Origin: Phycisphaerae bacterium
GTDB lineage: Bacteria > Planctomycetota > Phycisphaerae > UBA1845 > PWPN01
Assembly: GCA_035477895.1 (NCBI GenBank)
Contig: DATIKE010000542.1
Coordinates: 1 to 24,000 of the forward strand
DNA length: 24,000 bases
Reading direction: 5' to 3'
Every line of letters begins with the position of its first letter. The stretch's first letter is position 1. The position numbers were made by a program, and so were the translations under genes. The notes below the pieces were generated by a model, which saw only the letters and a program-made list of their open reading frames with translations, was not told the origin of the DNA and did no database searches. Below, in pieces: positions 16,094 through 23,940 of the stretch.

Positions 16094-17521
16094 ATGGACG
16101 CCGCCTCGCGAAACCCGGAGAACCCATCCGCCGGCCCGGCACCATCCGCCCGTCAGGCCGCCTTGCACACCCTGCTCTCGCTGCACCCGGAATCCCCCGC
16201 CGGCGGGTATGCGATCGATCGGCTCATTGACCGGCACGCCCTGCCGGTGCGGGACCGCGCGTTGGCTCAGGAACTGGTTCTTGGCATTCTCCGCCACCAG
16301 TTGACGCTGCGACACGTGGTGGCCGTTGTTTCCGGGCGGCGATTCAAGGATATTCAGCCCCCACTGGGCCATATCCTGCTCCTGGCGGCTTATCAGCTTG
16401 TCTGTCTCGACGGCATCCCCCCCTTCGCCGCGGTTCATGAAGCGGTCGAGCAGGCCAAGCGGCACGCCGGCCCGCGGGCCGGCCGATTCGTCAACGCCAT
16501 CCTGCGGGAAGTCGAACGGGACATCGAACACCGCCGGATCCCGATGCGGCAGGCCGACCCGATGCGGGCCGTTATGGTCGATTCCAGGCAATGCTGCCAG
16601 TTCAGACGAACGGTTTTGCCCAACCCTGCTCTTCAGGCGATAGAACACCTCTCGCTTTCGGCCTCGCACCCCGCCTGGCTGGTCAGCCGCTGGGTGGCCG
16701 TCTTCGGAATGGACCAGGCCCGGCGGATCTGCCACGCCGGTCTCTGTCGGCCGCCGATGGTCCTGCGCCCCAATCCGCTGCGTACCGACCTGGATCGGCT
16801 GGTTGCGGCCCTGGCCGACGACGGAATCGAAGTCATCCCTGACCCGGCGGCCGGGGTTCTTGTTGCGGCTCATGCTGCGGGCCTGACTCGAACCGCGGCT
16901 TTCAAGGCCGGCCTGTTCCAGGTTCAGGATCGCACCGCGATGGGCGTCGTGCGGGCCATGAGTCCCCGGCCCGATCAGATCATCATCGACCTCTGCGCCG
17001 GGCCGGGCACCAAGACCACGCAAATCGCCGAAATGATGCGGGACACAGGCCGAGTCCTGGCCAGCGACAAGGACGATGAGAGGCTGGCGATGGTCCGCGA
17101 CAATGCCGGGCGACTGGGATTGACCTCCATTCGCACCGTCCCTCCCCGCGAGCGCGAGGCGGTCTTCTCGGGCCTTGACCGCCTCGACTGGGTTCTGGTC
17201 GACACGCCCTGCAGCAACACCGGCGTGCTCTCCCGCCGCCCGGAGGCTCGCTACCGGGCCTCGGACCGCAGCCTGGCCTCGCTGACGAATCTTCAGAACG
17301 CGCTGCTGGGGGAAGCGGCACGCTTCGCCCGGCCGGGCACCCGCTTGGCCTACAGCACATGCAGTATCGAACCCGAGGAAAACGAGGAGACCATCGCGCG
17401 TTTCTGCCAGGCCCACCCCGAGTGGCAACTCGTCAACAGCGCCCGCACCATGCCAAAGGCCGGGCCGGAGCCCGCTGACTGGTCGGATGGGGGGTTCTGG
17501 GCCATCCTGCAGCGGTCCTGA
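16094..17521 (+). CDS. rsmB: 16S rRNA (cytosine967-C5)-methyltransferase
   Basis: NusB-like N-terminal domain. SAM-binding DLCAGPGTKTT. Catalytic DTPCSNTGVLSRRPE and YSTCSIEPEENE. Confidence 0.9.
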   Translation: MDAASRNPENPSAGPAPSARQAALHTLLSLHPESPAGGYAIDRLIDRHALPVRDRALAQELVLGILRHQLTLRHVVAVVSGRRFKDIQPPLGHILLLAAYQLVCLDGIPPFAAVHEAVEQAKRHAGPRAGRFVNAILREVERDIEHRRIPMRQADPMRAVMVDSRQCCQFRRTVLPNPALQAIEHLSLSASHPAWLVSRWVAVFGMDQARRICHAGLCRPPMVLRPNPLRTDLDRLVAALADDGIEVIPDPAAGVLVAAHAAGLTRTAAFKAGLFQVQDRTAMGVVRAMSPRPDQIIIDLCAGPGTKTTQIAEMMRDTGRVLASDKDDERLAMVRDNAGRLGLTSIRTVPPREREAVFSGLDRLDWVLVDTPCSNTGVLSRRPEARYRASDRSLASLTNLQNALLGEAARFARPGTRLAYSTCSIEPEENEETIARFCQAHPEWQLVNSARTMPKAGPEPADWSDGGFWAILQRS

Positions 17522-17661
17522 CCGTCCCCGGCCTCCTTCCCCCGTCCTGTTTCAAGCAGGCTCCAGGGCACAAATGAACTCGCTTGCCCGATCGGCCGAT
17601 AAACATGCTGCGGGCCTCCCGATCGGCGGGCGGCTTCGGACGGCCCGGGGGGGCCAACACC

Positions 17662-17835
17662 ATGCCCGGATCGGACCTCGACGTCGCCTTCACCCTGCTG
17701 GCCATGGCTCTGGGCTCGGGAGTCTTTCTGCGCCTGGTCGGGAAAGAGAAACATCGCCGGGAGAAATGGCTTCAGTTCCGGCTCGAAGAAGAGATCAAGA
17801 AGTTGAAGAATAAAAAGGAAGTAAAAGAAGTCTAG
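17662..17835 (+). CDS. 57-aa single-TM protein with a Lys/Glu-rich tail (hypothetical)
   Basis: MPGSDLDVAFTLLAMALGSGVFLRLVGKEKHRREKWLQFRLEEEIKKLKNKKEVKEV. G/C dominates codon position 3 in the first two-thirds. A G-run lies 10 nt upstream of the ATG. The track ORF start at 17584 looks over-extended. Confidence 0.4.
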   Translation: MPGSDLDVAFTLLAMALGSGVFLRLVGKEKHRREKWLQFRLEEEIKKLKNKKEVKEV

Positions 17836-17851
17836 AGAGCATCACTAAACC

Positions 17852-17908
17852 CCTGTCTGCGTGCCTGCCTGTGCGTACACGCAGACAGGCGGACACGCAC
17901 AGGCAGGC
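17852..17908. repeat. Two interleaved perfect inverted repeats (order A-B-A'-B')
   Basis: A is CCTGTCTGCGTG (17852-17863), A' is CACGCAGACAGG (17878-17889). B is GCCTGCCTGTGCGT (17863-17876), B' is ACGCACAGGCAGGC (17895-17908). A and B are themselves similar, so a nested imperfect long hairpin is also possible. Confidence 0.8.
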
Positions 17909-18029
17909 GGGCGTGTGGGACCGGCATCCGCGCCTGCTCGAAAGCCGACTAACGCCTCTTTCCTGACGCACCTCGCCCTTCGCCTGTTGTGAGTGAGCCG
18001 GCCCCCTGCGCAAAGCCGCTTTCGATATG

Positions 18030-18067
18030 CCCAAAACAAAACCGGCAGCCGCCATGGGCCGCCGGTT
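18030..18067 (-). terminator. Rho-independent terminator of the zinc-ribbon gene
   Basis: The minus strand reads AACCGGCGGCC-CATGGC-GGCTGCCGGTT (10 of 11 bp paired), followed by TTGTTTTGG. It lies ~45 nt after the stop at 18112. Confidence 0.6.
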
Positions 18068-18111
18068 CCGAGATAACTGCCGTTCTCCCCGATCATTGAC
18101 CGACCGCGCGG

Positions 18112-18291
18112 TCACTTTTTTCCGGTTGCAGCCTCCTGTTTGGCTCCATCCTTCTTGGTGTTGCTGGTGGAGGTGGGCACGACAAAGGTTCGGCCGCATC
18201 GGCCGCATCGGACTTTCTTGCCCCGCACGATGTCCGGCACTTGCAGAATCGTTCGGCACTTGAGGTTCGGACAGATCAGCGTGACTGGCAT
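18112..18291 (-). CDS. 59-aa MJ0042-type zinc-ribbon protein
   Basis: My own translation: MPVTLICPNLKCRTILQVPDIVRGKKVRCGRCGRTFVVPTSTSNTKKDGAKQEAATGKK. Cys pairs CPNLKC and CGRC. Purine-rich AGGGAA before the ATG. A terminator follows. It is not among the listed track ORFs. Confidence 0.6.
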   Translation of the reverse strand: MPVTLICPNLKCRTILQVPDIVRGKKVRCGRCGRTFVVPTSTSNTKKDGAKQEAATGKK

Positions 18292-18661
18292 ATTCCCTGG
18301 CCCTCTCAGACGACAACTGATTCACCGCCGGCAACGTTCAGCCGTTGCATCGGGTCTGATGGGTGGTCGCATGAGCAAAAACAGCCGAACAGCCCGACCG
18401 CCCAGCCCTTCCTCAGGCCGGCGATGGTTCATAGTCCGAGAATCCCCGTCCCACTCGGGGCTCCGGCCTTTCGCCCCGGCGGCAGCCGGGTTAGAATCCA
18501 CCATAGCGGGCATCGACAGGGCGACTTCCTGGCCGCCCGTCCGGCTTCAATGTTGCCCCAGCCAGGGATGATGCCCGACGTGCGGAATGAGGTCCAAGGC
18601 GATCGCGTTCCTCTGCATCGAGTCGAAGTGCAGCCACTTGCGAATAACGAGGGTGGCCGAC

Positions 18662-19516
18662 ATGGACCTGATGGTGACAGCCCCGGCGAAGATCAACTGG
18701 ACCCTGCGCGTCTTGCGCCGACGCGATGACGGGTATCACGACATCGAATCGCTGGTTTCCACGGTTTCGCTGCACGACGATCTCGCATTCTCCCCCCGTC
18801 ACGATGCCCGATTCGTGCTGACCTGCGATAACCCGTCCGTCCCGACCGATGAAAGCAACCTGATCTGCCGGGCGGCCACGCTGCTGCAATCCCACGCACC
18901 ACCCGCCGCAACGGGCTGGAACTGCCGACTCAGCAAGCGAATCCCGGTCGGCGGGGGTTTGGGCGGAGGCAGTTCCAACGGAGCAGCGGCACTGATCGCA
19001 CTGAACCAATTGTGGTCGCTCGGTTGGTCGAAAGAGCGTCTGATGGCCGCCGCCGCCGTACTGGGCAGCGACGTGCCTTTCTTCATTCTTGGGGGTACGG
19101 CGGTCATCGCCGGACGGGGCGAGCAGGTGCGGCCAACCGCGCTGCCTTGGCATGGCTGCATCGTCCTGATGATGCCCGCTTTCCCAATCTCGACCGCAGC
19201 CGTCTACCGCGCCTGGCGGCCCTCGGAACCGCCGAATCCCGTGGAACGTCCGGCGGCCGACCCTTCGGTGGCGGTCAACTGGATAAAGCAGGCCTACAAT
19301 ATGCTCGAAGAACCGGCGATGAGGGTCTGTCCCGCTCTGGCCGAGCTGATCGGGCAGGCCGCGAAACTCATCGACCGGCCTGTGCGTATATCCGGTAGCG
19401 GGTCAACGCTGTTCACCGCCTATGACTCCGAGCCGCAGGCTCGGGAGGCGGCCGACCTGCTTAACCGACAACTGGGGATTGGCACTTGTGTTGTTCAGCC
19501 TGTTGGTTCGATGTGA
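18662..19516 (+). CDS. ispE: 4-diphosphocytidyl-2-C-methyl-D-erythritol kinase
   Basis: APAKINWTLRV, DGYHDIESL, and the GHMP kinase motif IPVGGGLGGGSSNGAAAL. ATG 18662 is preceded by GAGGGTGG. The track start at 18587 is over-extended. Confidence 0.9.
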   Translation: MDLMVTAPAKINWTLRVLRRRDDGYHDIESLVSTVSLHDDLAFSPRHDARFVLTCDNPSVPTDESNLICRAATLLQSHAPPAATGWNCRLSKRIPVGGGLGGGSSNGAAALIALNQLWSLGWSKERLMAAAAVLGSDVPFFILGGTAVIAGRGEQVRPTALPWHGCIVLMMPAFPISTAAVYRAWRPSEPPNPVERPAADPSVAVNWIKQAYNMLEEPAMRVCPALAELIGQAAKLIDRPVRISGSGSTLFTAYDSEPQAREAADLLNRQLGIGTCVVQPVGSM

Positions 19517-19534
19517 AACCGGGAGGTAGCACCC

Positions 19535-20293
19535 ATGGAAATCACCGAAGTCCGGATCAAGCTGGTCCAGAATGGCAACGAGCGGCTTCGTGCGTTTTGC
19601 AGCATCACCCTTAACGGGGATTTCGTGATCCGCGACCTGAAGATCATTGACGGCACAAACGGGCCGTTTGTCGCCATGCCCTCGCGAAAGCTGATGGACC
19701 GTTGCGCCCGCTGCGGTGGGAAGAACCACCTGCGGGCCCGGTTTTGCAACGAGTGCGGCGCCAAGCTCAACGAGATCCGCGCCCCCAAGGACCCCCATGG
19801 CCGGGCCAAGCTCCACGCGGATGTTGCCCACCCGATCAACGCCGCCTGCCGCGAACGCGTGCAGAAAGCCGTCGTTGAGGCCTATCAGGCCGAGGTCGAG
19901 AAGGCCAAGGCGCCGGACTACAGGCCGACCAGCTTTGACGATTACGACAGCTTCGACGAGGACACCCCGCACGAGCATGCGGAAAACGCCTCGGCAAAAC
20001 GTCATGCCGAGGCGCGCGAGCCGGTCCCCGCCGCCAGGAAGACCGAGGACACCTTCAGTGACTACAACGAACTCATCCAGGACCTCAAACGCGAGGCCCA
20101 TCAGCGCCGCCCGGAAAGACGGGGCGAGCAGGAACCGGAAACCGAGGATCATCCGCCTCCATTCCGACTTGATGAGTCGCGGCAGGAACCCCCACCAGAG
20201 TCTCCGTCTCCCCCGGAACCGGTCCGGAAGCCCGAGCCCGCACCCTCTCGTCCCGCGGGCTCCGGCCAAGACGATTTCGGCAACGGCCTGTAA
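19535..20293 (+). CDS. spoVG: SpoVG-family protein with an internal zinc-ribbon insertion and a long acidic/Pro-rich C-terminal extension
   Basis: [52 protein letters not shown] ... [22 protein letters not shown] is the SpoVG core. [19 protein letters not shown] is inserted between the PSRK and AHPI segments. GGGAGG SD upstream. Confidence 0.85.
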   Translation: MEITEVRIKLVQNGNERLRAFCSITLNGDFVIRDLKIIDGTNGPFVAMPSRKLMDRCARCGGKNHLRARFCNECGAKLNEIRAPKDPHGRAKLHADVAHPINAACRERVQKAVVEAYQAEVEKAKAPDYRPTSFDDYDSFDEDTPHEHAENASAKRHAEAREPVPAARKTEDTFSDYNELIQDLKREAHQRRPERRGEQEPETEDHPPPFRLDESRQEPPPESPSPPEPVRKPEPAPSRPAGSGQDDFGNGL

Positions 20294-20303
20294 TCGCGCG
20301 GGG

Positions 20304-21398
20304 CTACTTCTGCTCGGCGGGTGGTGCCGGGACCGGAGGTTGAGACGCGGGTGACGGCTGGGGTTGCTGAGCTGTCTCGCGCCTGTGGACCACCATGTCG
20401 GCATCCGCGCCGAAACCGGCCCGCATCCGCAGGACCTCAACCTTGGCGGCGACCTCCTTGGCAATCCGGCTGTTGGGGAACTCCTGGCGGATCTGGAGCC
20501 CGACCTCGAGGGCATCGCGCCAACGGCCTTCCGAGGCGGCCAGGCTGAACTGGACACCCAGGTTCACAAGACGGGCTTTGAAAACATGCCGCACGGAATC
20601 GGTCAGCGTCTGGGCTTCCTCTTTGGCCAGGTACTGGTCAAGTTCGGTCAGCACGGTGATGGCCCGGTCGACCTCCTCGCGATCGACAGCCAGTTTCCAC
20701 TGCTTCAGCAGTTCCTGCTTGCGGGCTTCCCGCCGGCTGTTGAGTTCGGCCGGCAGCGACGCCACACGCTCGTTTCGCGGAAAGAGCTTCATCAGCCGTT
20801 CTGACTCCTTCGCCGCCCGGGCCCAGCGGTGCTCATCCATGAGCCGATGAATGTGCGCCAGCGCCTCGCTGATCTTCTGGTCGATGGTCATTTCGCGCAT
20901 CTGGCTCATCTCTTCGCGGAGTTTCTGGGCCTCGGCGTGATCGCCGAACCGGCGCTCCATCTCGGCGATGAAGTACTGGGCGACCTCCATCTCGCCGGTG
21001 ACCATCTCTTCCCGGACGGCCTGTCGGAGGGCCTCCCGCTCGATTTCGCGGTTGGCGATCGATTTGGCGCCATCGGAAATCTGGCTGTTGATCGAAACGG
21101 TCTTCATCATCGGCTCGATCCGGCGCAGGGCATCGACGGTGTCCTCGGCCGCAACGCGGAGCCGGTTGACGCCGTGATCGACCTGCAGGGCAACATCCAG
21201 AATGGCATGGAGAAAAAACGTGATCGTCAGCAGGGTGAGGCCCGCCACCAACAGCAGCGTCGGCGTGCCCGCCGTCGCCGCGCTGAACAGGCCGTAAACC
21301 CCCGCCGCCGACAGGATCAACCCTGCCAGGGCCCCGCAGATGGTGACTACCAGCGACAGTTGCCGGATCGGTTGATTGCGAAATGGGCTATCCGCCAC
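20304..21398 (-). CDS. Membrane protein with two N-terminal TM helices and a long helical/coiled-coil cytoplasmic region (hypothetical)
   Basis: GTG start with AGGAG 7 nt upstream. TM segments LSLVVTICGALAGLILSAAGVYGLF and LLLVAGLTLLTITFFLHAIL. The remainder is rich in E/R/K/A heptad-like sequence. Confidence 0.6.
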   Translation of the reverse strand: MADSPFRNQPIRQLSLVVTICGALAGLILSAAGVYGLFSAATAGTPTLLLVAGLTLLTITFFLHAILDVALQVDHGVNRLRVAAEDTVDALRRIEPMMKTVSINSQISDGAKSIANREIEREALRQAVREEMVTGEMEVAQYFIAEMERRFGDHAEAQKLREEMSQMREMTIDQKISEALAHIHRLMDEHRWARAAKESERLMKLFPRNERVASLPAELNSRREARKQELLKQWKLAVDREEVDRAITVLTELDQYLAKEEAQTLTDSVRHVFKARLVNLGVQFSLAASEGRWRDALEVGLQIRQEFPNSRIAKEVAAKVEVLRMRAGFGADADMVVHRRETAQQPQPSPASQPPVPAPPAEQK

Positions 21399-21635
21399 GT
21401 CCGTGCTCCTGCAGAAGTGGACAACGCAGAGTTAAAGTCGGGAGTCTTCCAGTGTGCCCTCTCCTTGTGAGTCTGCCGCGGCGAACGGAGCCGATACTCG
21501 GGTTCCCGCCGGGAGGACTCCCGATCCCTTGTTCTCCGCCGCCTCAACTGTCACAGACCTCCATCCTCCGACTGGAATGTACGTCGTGACGAAAGACAAG
21601 TCAACGTGAAAACGGGCGCCTTGCCCGCGCGGGCG

Positions 21636-22178
21636 TCAGAAACGGGCATCGTCCTTGGGCTTGAGGGAGACAACCACGCCGATTTCCTTGCCGATCGCGA
21701 CCAGGTCGCACTGGAGGTGATGAGTGTCCACGTAGGACGGAATCTCGACCTCGATCAGCATGACGTAGAGCGGCTGGGCGTGATGGATGACTTCGGTCTG
21801 GAGGTTGGTGACATTGACCTTCTGGTCAGCCAGGTGCCGGGTGATCCGATAGACAATCCCCGTCCGGTCGGCGCCATAGACGTGGATGAGGTGCTTGGGC
21901 TGCTCGGAGCGGGTTTCGCTGGCTTCCTCGGGTCGCAGATCGTGCACGTCGATGCTGAGCCCGAACTCGCCGACCACGCCCGCCAGACACGTCCGAAGCC
22001 GCTGGCTGACGAGGCCCTCGGGCATGCGGATCATCAGCATGCAGGCGAAATCCGGCCCGAGCCGGGCGCACTGCGAGTCCTCAATGTTGCAATCGTTCTC
22101 GAAAAGCACGCCCGAAATCGCGGCGACGATTCCCGGACGATCACTTCCACTGGCAGTCAATAACGCATAGTTCGGCAT
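21636..22178 (-). CDS. Tandem ACT-domain protein, GcvR-like (glycine cleavage system transcriptional repressor family)
   Basis: Two ACT-like repeats: LLTASGSDRPGIVAAISGVLFENDCNI and IHVYGADRTGIVYRITRHLADQKVNV. ATG 22178 with GGAG upstream. The track start at 22190 is TTG. Confidence 0.65.
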   Translation of the reverse strand: MPNYALLTASGSDRPGIVAAISGVLFENDCNIEDSQCARLGPDFACMLMIRMPEGLVSQRLRTCLAGVVGEFGLSIDVHDLRPEEASETRSEQPKHLIHVYGADRTGIVYRITRHLADQKVNVTNLQTEVIHHAQPLYVMLIEVEIPSYVDTHHLQCDLVAIGKEIGVVVSLKPKDDARF

Positions 22179-22299
22179 GAAAGACTCCAAATTCTTCGTC
22201 GCCTCAAGCGGCGACGGCGACGGTCACTGTTCAGTCTAAGAATGCCCCCGCGGGTTTGCAATTCGGTGCTGTTGCCGCCACGGGGCCGCGGCGCGGACA

Positions 22300-22736
22300 G
22301 TTTGGGCGGGCGGCGAAGCCGGGGACTGGCTCGTTGGATGCGGCGGAAAACGGACCATCGATCGCATAAAAACGCTCGACCTCTAAGTCCTTGTGCTCAG
22401 GCAGGATACCCGTGCTTTCTGCGGAAAAACGCGAATCCGGGTTGGCACCCGCCGGTTATATCTTACTGTTCCCTTCGACCGAATGGGCTGTGCCAAACTG
22501 CAAAGCGGACATCATCGATGACCGTCGGTCTTGGTGCGGCTATTCAGGGAAGGAAGCCGGTCGCCTCTGAAAGGGACACGGGCAGTTGCCCGGGGAAGGT
22601 GCTTTCGCGGAGGGGTTTTTGGCCGCGGCTGTGTGGGTCGCGGTAACTACAAGTCGGAGTTGGGGGGAAAGAAACTCCGGCTTTGAAGCAGAGGCGGGTC
22701 CGCCGGCTGTCGGGGCGTGCGGACCCGCCCTTTTTT
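22300..22736 (+). ncRNA. Candidate unclassified ncRNA or long 5' leader ending at the orphan terminator (5' end unknown)
   Basis: A ~600-bp gap (22179-22803) lies between divergent genes and has no credible CDS. It contains local hairpins, for example CGGAGTT-GGGGGGAAAGA-AACTCCG just before the terminator. I could not match any known RNA family by eye. Confidence 0.3.
22693..22736 (+). terminator. Strong Rho-independent terminator with no upstream plus-strand CDS
   Basis: GGCGGGTCCGC (22693-22703), 15-nt loop, GCGGACCCGCC (22719-22729), then C and TTTTTT (22731-22736). Confidence 0.7.
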
Positions 22737-22763
22737 GCGCGCCAACCTGTGAAGCTCTATACA
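22735..22763 (+). promoter_or_regulatory. Candidate promoter for the UbiA-family gene
   Basis: TTGCGC (22735-22740), 17-nt spacer, TATACA (22758-22763), about 40 nt upstream of ATG 22804. Confidence 0.3.
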
Positions 22764-22803
22764 CTGTCTTGCATCACGACCAGTGCTGCCTACACTATCT
22801 GAC

Positions 22804-23697
22804 ATGCCCCCCTACCTGCGGTTACTTCGGCCGGCGGACTGGTTCAAGAACCTCTTCGTCTTCGCGCCGCTGGCCTTCGGCGACAGGATCCGCGATCCCG
22901 GAGCAGACTGGCTGGCGGTAGTCGCGTTCGCGGCGTTCTGTCTGGCGGCATCGGCCGGCTACATCCTCAACGATATCGTCGACCGCCAGCGAGACCGCCT
23001 GCATCCCACCAAGCGCAACCGCCCCATCGCCAGCGGCGCGATCGGCATACCGGCGGCGATCGCGATGCTCTGCCTGCTGCTGGCCGGCGCCGCCTTGATC
23101 TGCGGCCTGTGCCTGCCGGGTGCCTTTTCAGCGGTACTCGCCACATACCTGTTCCTGACCATCAGCTACTCGCTCTATCTGAAAAAACGGATGATCCTCG
23201 ATGTCCTGATCCTCGCGGTTTTATTCGTCCTGCGAACCCTCGGAGGTGCTTACGCCATCGATGTCCCCGTGTCCCACTGGCTGCTCATCTGCACCTTCAT
23301 GCTCTGCATGTTCCTGGGCTTCGGAAAACGCCGCTGCGAAATCCGGATGATCGCCAACGAAAATGACATCCGGCAACACCGCCCGACACTCGTGCGATAC
23401 ACTCCCGACCTGCTTACGCACCTTCTCAGCACTTCAGCGGGCATCACGGTCGTCACGTTTCTGCTGTACACTCTGGATGCGAGCACACCTTCGCCGTTCG
23501 GGGATCGCAAACAGAATCTGGTTTACACGCTCCCGCTGGTGGTTTATGGGATCTTCCGCTATGCGATGTTGAGCGAACTGGAGACTGCCACCGGTCCCAC
23601 CGACCTGATTCTCCGCGATCGGCCCATGCTCGGCACGCTGCTGCTCTGGACCGCCGCCACGGCGGCCATCCTCTATCTGCCGTGCTTTGCCTTCTGA
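22804..23697 (+). CDS. UbiA-family prenyltransferase, decaprenyl-phosphate phosphoribosyltransferase-like
   Basis: LRPADWFKNLFVFAPLAF, YILNDIVDRQRDRLHPTKRNRPIASG, GKRRCE, FRYAML and ILRDRP align along the whole length with my recollection of M. tuberculosis Rv3806c. Start set to ATG 22804. Confidence 0.8.
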   Translation: MPPYLRLLRPADWFKNLFVFAPLAFGDRIRDPGADWLAVVAFAAFCLAASAGYILNDIVDRQRDRLHPTKRNRPIASGAIGIPAAIAMLCLLLAGAALICGLCLPGAFSAVLATYLFLTISYSLYLKKRMILDVLILAVLFVLRTLGGAYAIDVPVSHWLLICTFMLCMFLGFGKRRCEIRMIANENDIRQHRPTLVRYTPDLLTHLLSTSAGITVVTFLLYTLDASTPSPFGDRKQNLVYTLPLVVYGIFRYAMLSELETATGPTDLILRDRPMLGTLLLWTAATAAILYLPCFAF

Positions 23698-23769
23698 CGG
23701 CTGTCCCTCTGCGATCCGACCGGGCGGGGTTGGCAACCATTCGGGCGTGGCGCTGCTATGGCCAATATC

Positions 23770-23787
23770 CCTGCCTGCGCAGGCAGG
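23770..23787. repeat. Perfect 18-bp palindrome CCTGCCTGCGCAGGCAGG
   Basis: Read directly from the sequence. It shares the CCTGCCTG / CAGGCAGG arms with the B/B' repeat at 17864-17907. It lies 73 nt after the UbiA-family stop and has no T-tract. Confidence 0.8.
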
Positions 23788-23884
23788 AGAGCAACCAGAC
23801 CCTTGAGGCTCCGATACCCCGTCCGATCCGTCACCTACCGTGTGCCGACCGATGAATGCCGCGCGAAATGCGTTGAAATGTCTT

Positions 23885-23940
23885 CCCAAAAAACCGAGAC
23901 CTCATTCACCATGCACGGGTATAATTAATGGAATGAGGTC
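23885..23940 (-). terminator. Candidate Rho-independent terminator for a minus-strand gene beyond the window end
   Basis: The minus strand reads GACCTCATTC, 23-nt loop, GAATGAGGTC, then TCGGTTTTTTGGG. The long loop lowers confidence. Confidence 0.45.

Noticed and set aside
17852-17908. Reading the interleaved repeats as an H-type pseudoknot
   Set aside because: The connecting loops are 0, 1 and 5 nt, which cannot span 12-14-bp stems. I interpret them as alternative, mutually exclusive hairpins instead.
18488-18499. GGGTTAGAATCC resembles a tRNA T-loop
   Set aside because: The flanking bases (GCCGG / ACCAT) cannot form a T-stem, and no acceptor or anticodon arms are present. No tRNA here.
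21606-21627. Short hairpin CGGGC-AAGGC-GCCCG plus TTTT after the GcvR-like gene stop
   Set aside because: The stem is only 5 bp. It is plausible as a weak terminator but not well enough supported to list as a feature.
22553-22570. TTCAGGGAAGGAAGCCGG resembles the SRP RNA helix-8 motif (GGAAGGAAGCAGC), and nearby GGTGC...AGGGAA resembles a cobalamin riboswitch start
   Set aside because: The flanks cannot form the UCC-GGAA-GGA tetraloop helix. No GCCACUG or B12-box partner is present. The glycine-riboswitch-like CTCAGGCAGGA at ~22398 lacks the CACCGAAGGGGCAA core. No family call was made.
22242-22646. 134-aa plus-strand ORF, and a 48-aa TTG/GTG ORF (22541-22686) ending just before the orphan terminator
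   Set aside because: Both give Arg/Gly-rich low-complexity translations with no SD and weak third-position bias. They were not accepted as the coding unit served by the terminator.
23434-23889. 151-aa minus-strand ORF overlapping the 3' end of the UbiA-family gene
   Set aside because: Half of it is antisense to a confidently identified gene, and the rest is Arg/Gly-rich with no signals.
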